This document shows positions 7,090 to 12,664 of a DNA stretch of 12,664 nt, in pieces (the first letter of the stretch is position 1; each line of letters opens with the position of its first letter). The notes under the pieces are model-generated. The model ran no database searches, was not told where the DNA came from, and saw only the letters and a list, made by a program, of their open reading frames with translations. The position numbers were made by a program, and so were the translations under genes. This DNA comes from Pseudomonadota bacterium (GTDB lineage: Bacteria > Bdellovibrionota > FAC87 > UBA2466): positions 1-12,664 of the forward strand of contig JAYUGC010000092.1 of assembly GCA_043767805.1 (NCBI GenBank), read 5' to 3'.

Positions 7090-8424
7090 GTGCAACGACA
7101 ATTATTACGCGCAGCGGTATTTCTTCTTTTTTTTACCGCCCTCGGCCCGGGGGCAATGGCCGGCGAAGACGATCTGTTCGGGGCCGGTCCCTCCGCGCTT
7201 GCGCTAAAAGACGACTGGAATCGAGCCGGCCTTCGGATCGTTCCCTCCGGAACGCTCGATTTGCGTTTCGTTCACGCCGGTACGGCCATCGGTTGGGAAT
7301 ATGGGGGACCGGGGCTTTCGCGCTATGGTTCCACCCCGCCGGGGGCGCCGGGCACGAGGGAATCCGGCGTCCGGGGTGTCACTTTCCGGATGCCCCAGAT
7401 CGGCCTGGATCTCGATTTTCTTTTGCAGGACACTCCTTTGCTCCACCTGCAGCTGGGCTATGACGATCACCCGGAGCTGACGGGGCGAGTGGGCTCCATC
7501 GGAGTCGTGAAGGCTTTCGCCCACCTTCCCACCCTCGGACCCATTGCGCTCAGAGCGGGGGTGATGATTCCACCGGTCTCTCTCGAACACCCGGGCCCCG
7601 CCTGGAGCACGCGCTATACGCTGACTCCCTCGGCCATCAATACCTGGGTCGGCGAGGAACTTCGAGTGGTCGGACTGGAGGGCTCGGGGGCAATGGCGTT
7701 TGGTAAGGGGATGCGCGGACGGGTGGTGGTGGGCCTCTTCTCGCACAACGATACGGCAGGCGCCATTCTGTCGTGGCGGGGCTGGGGGTTTCACGATTAT
7801 CAGGTCAAGCTGGGGGATCGTCTCCGAACCTCGGGGGACACCGATAGCGCGGTATTATCGCCGACCGTCAGCACGGCTCCCTTCGAGGAATTGGATGGCA
7901 GGCCCGGCGCCTATGCCAAATTGGGTGTCGACGTGGGCGACAGCCTGAAACTCGAGGTATTTGTCTCTCACAATTTCGCAAACCCCCGTGCATTTGAACA
8001 CGTTACGTTTGGGAAAGCTTACGGCTGGCGGACCACTTTCGTAAACGCGGCTGCCCAGTACCGCCCTCTTTTGGGGCTCACGTTCCTGGCTCAGGCGCTT
8101 TACGGAACGACCCTCATGGGCGCTTCCGCCGTCGACAACTCCTTTGCTTCCGCCTTTCTCCTCGCCTCCTACCAGTGGGGCCGCCACCGGTTGAGCTTTC
8201 GCTACGACTGGTTTCAGGTGCTGGATCGGGACGCCAACGCCGGTGATCTTAATGACCAGCGAGGCAACGCCCAGGTGGTGGCCTACTTTTTCTCCCTCGA
8301 CGAAAACCACACGCTGGGAGTGGAGTACCTCAGACCCGTGGCCACCCGGGTCGGCAATACCGGATTGGCCCGGGTGGACGCTTTTGACGATCTCGTTCAA
8401 GGGGCCTACCGGCTGAGTTTTTGA
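7090..8424 (+). CDS. Uncharacterised outer-membrane beta-barrel protein
   Basis: GTG start, signal peptide ending AMA, many amphipathic strands (HRLSFRYDWF, HTLGVEY), C-terminal QGAYRLSF. Starts 40 bp after the cyclase on the same strand. Confidence 0.8.
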   Translation: MQRQLLRAAVFLLFFTALGPGAMAGEDDLFGAGPSALALKDDWNRAGLRIVPSGTLDLRFVHAGTAIGWEYGGPGLSRYGSTPPGAPGTRESGVRGVTFRMPQIGLDLDFLLQDTPLLHLQLGYDDHPELTGRVGSIGVVKAFAHLPTLGPIALRAGVMIPPVSLEHPGPAWSTRYTLTPSAINTWVGEELRVVGLEGSGAMAFGKGMRGRVVVGLFSHNDTAGAILSWRGWGFHDYQVKLGDRLRTSGDTDSAVLSPTVSTAPFEELDGRPGAYAKLGVDVGDSLKLEVFVSHNFANPRAFEHVTFGKAYGWRTTFVNAAAQYRPLLGLTFLAQALYGTTLMGASAVDNSFASAFLLASYQWGRHRLSFRYDWFQVLDRDANAGDLNDQRGNAQVVAYFFSLDENHTLGVEYLRPVATRVGNTGLARVDAFDDLVQGAYRLSF

Positions 8425-8435
8425 GGGTGAAGGCG

Positions 8436-8555
8436 ATGGCACTGAAAGAGACGGATCTGGAGATAGTCCACCTGAAGGGCAGCGGGCCCGGTGGACAGAA
8501 CCGCAACAAGCGCCAGACCGGCATTCGCATTACCCACCTGTTATCCCACTCGTAG
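8436..8555 (+). pseudogene. GGQ-motif peptidyl-tRNA hydrolase (class I release-factor / ArfB-like domain), truncated
   Basis: Manual translation MALKETDLEIVHLKGSGPGGQNRNKRQTGIRITHL|LSHS* has the SGPGGQxxNK...IRITHL signature. Similarity stops at 8540, where PTG would normally follow. Not in the ORF track. Confidence 0.85.
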
Positions 8556-8580
8556 TTTTATCGTCGAGACCCGAATTAAT

Positions 8581-9171
8581 GTCATGGATCTTTCGGAAAC
8601 CTATCGCTCCATCGCCAAGAAACACTTCCCCGAAGCCATGATCGTAGCCGATAGGTTCCACGTCATTCGGCTCGTAAACCACAGTTTTCTAAAAACCTGG
8701 CAACAACTCGACCCCAACGGTCGCAAAAATCGTGGGCTACTAAGCTTGATGCGACGGCACGAAAAGAATCTCGATCCCGACCAAAAGCTCCGCCTAAAGC
8801 AGTATCTAAGCCATTGCCCCGCTCTCGAACGGGTCTATGAATTCAAACAAAAACTTTGCATGCTGCTGCTGACCAGACAGCGCCAAAAGACCGCTTTGAG
8901 GCCAGCAATCTACCAGTTGGTCGAAATGATCGAACAGCTCAAGCTGACCGCTTTCGAACCCCTTAGAACCCTGGGTCTGACTCTGGAAAGGTGGCAGGAA
9001 GAAATAGGCCGGATGCTCCGCTTCTCCAAAAGCAACGGCATCACAGAGGGATTCCACAACAAAATGGAAATGATCTCCCGAAGAGCATTCGGATTCAGAA
9101 ACTTTCAAAACTATCGATTACGGGTGCTTGCTCACTGCGGGTGGGATGGGATATTCGGAATCCGAAATTAA
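8581..9171 (+). pseudogene. ISL3-family transposase, C-terminal half only
   Basis: VMDLSETYRS, ADRFHV and SNGITEGFHNKMEMISRRAFGFRNFQNYRLR motifs. The N-terminal zinc-finger/HTH region and first catalytic Asp block are missing; the first ~30 aa of the track ORF 8491 are junction sequence. Confidence 0.9.
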
Positions 9172-9209
9172 CCAACCAGGGACCGTTCCCCCGTTGGTGG
9201 AGTAGAGCC
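8581..9209 (+). mobile_element. 5'-truncated ISL3 element with intact right end, copy 2 (left boundary approximate)
   Basis: Transposase fragment plus 38 bp ending in GTAGAGCC. The right end is defined by where identity with 3568-3697 stops. Visibly more AT-rich than flanking genes. Confidence 0.88.
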
Positions 9210-9214
9210 AAGAA

Positions 9215-9291
9215 TGGTCGGGCTGGTCAGATTTGAACTGACGACCTCTTCGTCCCGAACGAAGCGCGCTAGCCAACTGCGCTACAGCCCG
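9215..9291 (-). tRNA. tRNA-Pro (anticodon CGG)
   Basis: 77 nt, CGGGCTGTAGCGCAGTTGGCTAGCGCGCTTCGTTCGGGACGAAGAGGTCGTCAGTTCAAATCTGACCAGCCCGACCA. Acceptor CGGGCTG/CAGCCCG, anticodon arm CTTCG-TTCGGGA-CGAAG, T loop TTCAAAT, encoded CCA. Confidence 0.97.
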
Positions 9292-9965
9292 TCTTGGCAA
9301 ACCAGAAGCTTGGGATCCGCGGCCCGAGAAAAACTCAGTTCCGCTTCGGCTTTGAGTGACCTCAAAGTCGCTTCCAAACCTCGTCGTATCGACTCGAACG
9401 CTTCGGGCGTTACGTCTTTCGGAACCGTTACCGGAACTCCATAGACAATCACGCACTTAGCGAACGGATTCGGAAGGTAACACCGATTCCAAGCCCTTTT
9501 AAAGACAAATCTGCGGCTCGCTGCCGCACCGCCCGGAATAATCGGCAATCCGGTTTCCTGGGCGAGTTTCAAAATCCCTGGCTTCACCTCATAGATGGGA
9601 CCGCGCGGTCCATCCACCGCGAGTGAGGCTTCGCGTCCGCTCCCGGAAACCGCGTCTATCAACCCTTTCAGGCCAGCGGCGCCTCCTTTGCTCGAGGATC
9701 CACGCACCACGAAAAAGCCCAAGGCCTCGAGGAGCCGCTTCATCAACTCGCCGTCCCGGCTTCGGCTAGCCATCACCGCCATGTCGCCATCGCGGTAAGC
9801 GCCGAGGAGAAGTAGTTCGTCCCCATGCCAATGCGCGTAAAGAGACGGACGAAGGGCGGGGCGGCGCACATGCGCGTAGCGGTACGTGAGGCTAAGGAGC
9901 CGATAGGCCCAATGCAGCACAAAAACGGACAGGGTCTCTTTGATTCGCCGAAAAAATTCCACCAA
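9282..9965 (-). CDS. DUF374 / lysophospholipid acyltransferase-family protein
   Basis: Motifs HWHG, MASRSRDGE, VRGSSSKGG, AVDGPRGP, W..CYLPNPF. The true start may be GTG at 9962 (GAGG 7 nt upstream). Confidence 0.88.
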   Translation of the reverse strand: MVEFFRRIKETLSVFVLHWAYRLLSLTYRYAHVRRPALRPSLYAHWHGDELLLLGAYRDGDMAVMASRSRDGELMKRLLEALGFFVVRGSSSKGGAAGLKGLIDAVSGSGREASLAVDGPRGPIYEVKPGILKLAQETGLPIIPGGAAASRRFVFKRAWNRCYLPNPFAKCVIVYGVPVTVPKDVTPEAFESIRRGLEATLRSLKAEAELSFSRAADPKLLVCQDGL

Positions 9966-10009
9966 TTAGCCTCAAAGGAGGCCCTCATTAAGCCGATAGG
10001 TAATCGATC

Positions 10010-11068
10010 ATGCAACCCAAAAAGGCTCAGTCCCAGCTTGTGGAAAATCAGGGTCTTCCGAAGGATCCTTTCCTCGCCGAGCGCGATCTTCGCGACTTTT
10101 GTTTTCAGGCGGGACAGGAGCTCGGACAATTACTCGGGGCCATCCTCGGGGAATTGAACTACGCGCTCTCGACGGCAAATCCGTCGGTGCGAGATAGGTC
10201 CATGGCCATCGCCCTCTCCGCCGCGGAAAAGGCGCTGCATCTCTCGGCCAACCTTCGTTACTACAGCGGCCCTGGCGGAATGGACGCCCGGCCGACCGAT
10301 CTCGCGCAGCTGCTGCTCGACACGGTGGAATTACTCGAAGGCGAGCTCCAGCAACGAGGCCTCCGGCTCACGGCACTCACCGAAACACCGGCAACCGCCG
10401 CTCTCGACGCCGCGACCCTTAGGCATCTTTTGACCAATTTGATTTTGAAAATGGCCGAATCTCTCGTCGGTGGCGGCGAGATCTCCATGACGCTCCGTCG
10501 TACGGACGCGGTTTACGAACTTTCCCTCATCGGCCGTCCCATCGGCGTTATGTCCCAGCCGCCCATGGCGTTAAACGGCCGTGGTCCCGGACCTGCCTCG
10601 CCTTACACCATCGCGCGCAGTCTCCTCGAAGCGCAGGGCGGAACGCTCAACACGTCGCATACGCCCGAAGGGTATCCGCAAGTCGTGCTCGCGTTGCCAT
10701 ACGATCCGAAGCTGAAAACGCCCGAGAATTTCGAAAACCGCCGGCAGAACCGTCGCGTGCGCGTTCAGTTCACGGGCGAAGTCATTTTCCCCGGTCACCC
10801 GCCGCTCGCCATGGAAGTCTGCATCTTGAGCGAAAAAGGCGCGTACCTCGTCTTCCCCAAATCCGCCGAGTTCCGCCCCATCAAGCCGAACACCAAGGGA
10901 TCGTTGAAGATTTTCTATTTCGACGGACAGGCGGTGGAGATCGAGGAGTTCCGCATCGCGAGCCTCGACCCCAAAGGCCCGACGGCCGGCGTAGGCGTGG
11001 AATTCTTGCGCATCGATACCCGGGCCAGAAGCGTGCTCTCTGCCTTGGTCAAGAGCCACACGGGCTGA
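10010..11068 (+). CDS. Degenerate histidine-kinase-like (DHp + HATPase remnant) protein fused to a C-terminal PilZ domain
   Basis: AGQELGQLLGAILG resembles an H-box without His. Also PTDLAQLL, LRHLLTNLI (N-box-like), GGGEISMT and IARSLLEAQGGTL. PilZ: ENRRQNRRV, ILSEKGAYL, GVGVEF. Confidence 0.75.
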   Translation: MQPKKAQSQLVENQGLPKDPFLAERDLRDFCFQAGQELGQLLGAILGELNYALSTANPSVRDRSMAIALSAAEKALHLSANLRYYSGPGGMDARPTDLAQLLLDTVELLEGELQQRGLRLTALTETPATAALDAATLRHLLTNLILKMAESLVGGGEISMTLRRTDAVYELSLIGRPIGVMSQPPMALNGRGPGPASPYTIARSLLEAQGGTLNTSHTPEGYPQVVLALPYDPKLKTPENFENRRQNRRVRVQFTGEVIFPGHPPLAMEVCILSEKGAYLVFPKSAEFRPIKPNTKGSLKIFYFDGQAVEIEEFRIASLDPKGPTAGVGVEFLRIDTRARSVLSALVKSHTG

Positions 11069-11134
11069 TCTCCGGCATTCACGAAATTGTCCTTTACGCC
11101 CACGACACCCGTCGGGCTACACTGATAAATAGCC

Positions 11135-12178
11135 ATGAAGATCTGTTTCGTAGTCCGGTCGGCCTACTACCAGCGCCCCGCCTACACGACGTCGCACCTC
11201 GCTTTCGAGGCGTGGCGGCGCGGCCATACGGTCGTATTCGCGAACATCAATAGCCTCACGTACCGCGATCCCGGAAAAATCACCGCCATGGTCACGGCCG
11301 CGGGCCCCGGCCATTTTAAGGACACCACGACTTATCTCGAAGCGTTGCAGGCGGAGGAAAATCGCCGCTTCGAAGTGAACCTCACGGATTTCGACGTCGT
11401 CTTTTTGCGCTATAACCCGCATGGCGATACAGAAATCGACGCGACGAAGACGAACCCCGGCCTGGAGTTCGGGCGTCTCCTGAAACTCCACGGCGTTATG
11501 GTCTTAAACGATCCAGGCGGCCTCGCCAAAGCGTCGAGCAAAATGTACCTCTCCTCGTTCCCCGAGGAAATCCGCGCGCAGACGCTCATCACCCGAAGCG
11601 CGGTGAAGATCAAAGATTTCGTGAAGCGACTGCGTAAGCCCGTCATCTTAAAGCCGCTTACCGGCTTCGGCGGGCAGGACGTGTTCTTCATCAAGGATTG
11701 GCGCGACATCAACATCAATCAGATCATCGCGACGGTCAGTAAGAACGGTTACGTCATCGCCCAGGAATTTTTGCCCGCCGTAAAGCAAGGCGACAAACGC
11801 CTGCTCCTTTTGAACGGCGAGCCCATTTTCGTCGGTAAACAAGTGGCGATGTACCGGCGCATGTCGCCCAAAGGCGAAATCCGCAGCAACATGCACATCG
11901 GCGGCGTCCGCCGCACGGCGAAGTTCTCGCGGGTCGAAGCGCGCATCGCGGAAGTCGTGCAGCCGAAGCTCATCGCAGACGGCCTGTATTTCGTCGGCGT
12001 CGACATCGTCGGCGACAAAGTTCTCGAGATAAACTCTTTCTGCCCCGGCGGCATCCACAACATCAACGAGCTATACGGAATCAACGTGGGGGAAGCGGTC
12101 ATCCGCGATCTGGAAAAACGAGTCCAAGTGCGAGGCCCCATCCTCGGCACCACCCCTCCGATCCGTTCGGTAATCTAA
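11135..12178 (+). CDS. gshB: Glutathione synthetase-like ATP-grasp ligase (prokaryotic GshB family)
   Basis: DFDVVFLRYNP, VLNDPGGL, ILKPLTGFGGQDVF, QEFLPAVKQGDKRLLLLNGEP, RSNMHIGG, GLYFVGVDIVGDKVLEIN. Confidence 0.75.
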   Translation: MKICFVVRSAYYQRPAYTTSHLAFEAWRRGHTVVFANINSLTYRDPGKITAMVTAAGPGHFKDTTTYLEALQAEENRRFEVNLTDFDVVFLRYNPHGDTEIDATKTNPGLEFGRLLKLHGVMVLNDPGGLAKASSKMYLSSFPEEIRAQTLITRSAVKIKDFVKRLRKPVILKPLTGFGGQDVFFIKDWRDININQIIATVSKNGYVIAQEFLPAVKQGDKRLLLLNGEPIFVGKQVAMYRRMSPKGEIRSNMHIGGVRRTAKFSRVEARIAEVVQPKLIADGLYFVGVDIVGDKVLEINSFCPGGIHNINELYGINVGEAVIRDLEKRVQVRGPILGTTPPIRSVI

Positions 12179-12184
12179 AAACTC

Positions 12185-12664
12185 ATGGCAAAAGACATCC
12201 TGTTTCTTTGCGGCGGGCGGTCCGACGAGCACGAGATTTCTCTCATTTCCGCGAAATGCGCGCTCGATGCGCTCGATAGAAATCTCTTCCGGCCGATAGT
12301 CGTCGGAATCTCGAAAAAGGGCGGCGTCTGGCATCTGTGCGATGAGAAGACCTTCTTCCAAGGTGAGTTTCGCGCCGACAAAATCCGGTTGAACGAAGAC
12401 ACTCCGCAAGTTTCCTTGGCCCCCTACTCTTCCAAAGATGGAAAGGGCCAGCTCTTTTGCAACGGCAAGACGATTACCTTCGACGGCGTTTTCCCGATTC
12501 TCCACGGCCAATTCGGCGAGGACGGCACGCTTCAAGGCATGCTCGATCTCGTCGGCGTTCCCTACGTGGGATCCAACTGCGGCGCTTCCTGGATCTGCAT
12601 GGATAAAGTGCTCACCAAGAACCTGTGCGCGAATGCCGGTATCCCCGTCTCGGATTACGTTTGG
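12185..12664 (+). CDS. ddl: D-alanine--D-alanine ligase, N-terminal part (runs off the right edge)
   Basis: Manual translation MAKDILFLCGGRSDEHEISLISA...DGVFPILHGQFGEDGTLQGMLDLVGVPYVGS...CMDKVLTK. Missing from the ORF track because there is no stop in the window. Confidence 0.95.
   Translation, partial: MAKDILFLCGGRSDEHEISLISAKCALDALDRNLFRPIVVGISKKGGVWHLCDEKTFFQGEFRADKIRLNEDTPQVSLAPYSSKDGKGQLFCNGKTITFDGVFPILHGQFGEDGTLQGMLDLVGVPYVGSNCGASWICMDKVLTKNLCANAGIPVSDYVW

Noticed and set aside
1..12664. CRISPR array, intact integrase, rRNA or clear Rho-independent terminators
   Set aside because: No regularly spaced repeats, recombinase motifs, rRNA-like sequence or convincing hairpin plus U-tract were seen by eye.

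Overview
Bacterial (diderm, GC-rich) chromosomal window. The right third looks like core genome: tRNA-Pro(CGG), a DUF374 acyltransferase-like gene, a degenerate histidine-kinase/PilZ fusion, a GshB-like ATP-grasp ligase and the 5' part of ddl. Left of the tRNA 3' end is a scarred accessory region. Two same-orientation, 5'-truncated ISL3 right-end fragments (3568-3697 and ~8581-9209) bracket an intact three-gene module: a periplasmic type-1-copper cupredoxin, a membrane HAMP/class III adenylate cyclase and an outer-membrane beta-barrel. Four gene remnants lie in or beside this interval (secreted Cys-rich protein, small HTH, CoA-transferase subunit A, GGQ release-factor-like), along with a tRNA-Gly-like att remnant. 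Further left are a 777-aa apparently exported protein built from two tandem uracil-DNA-glycosylase-like repeats (one with catalytic-type motifs, one degenerate), a structured MITE/ncRNA-like element and the end of a beta-barrel gene. The best candidates for an undescribed system are the barrel-cupredoxin-cyclase trans-envelope module and the exported tandem UDG-fold protein. All family assignments are from motif recognition by eye; no searches were run.
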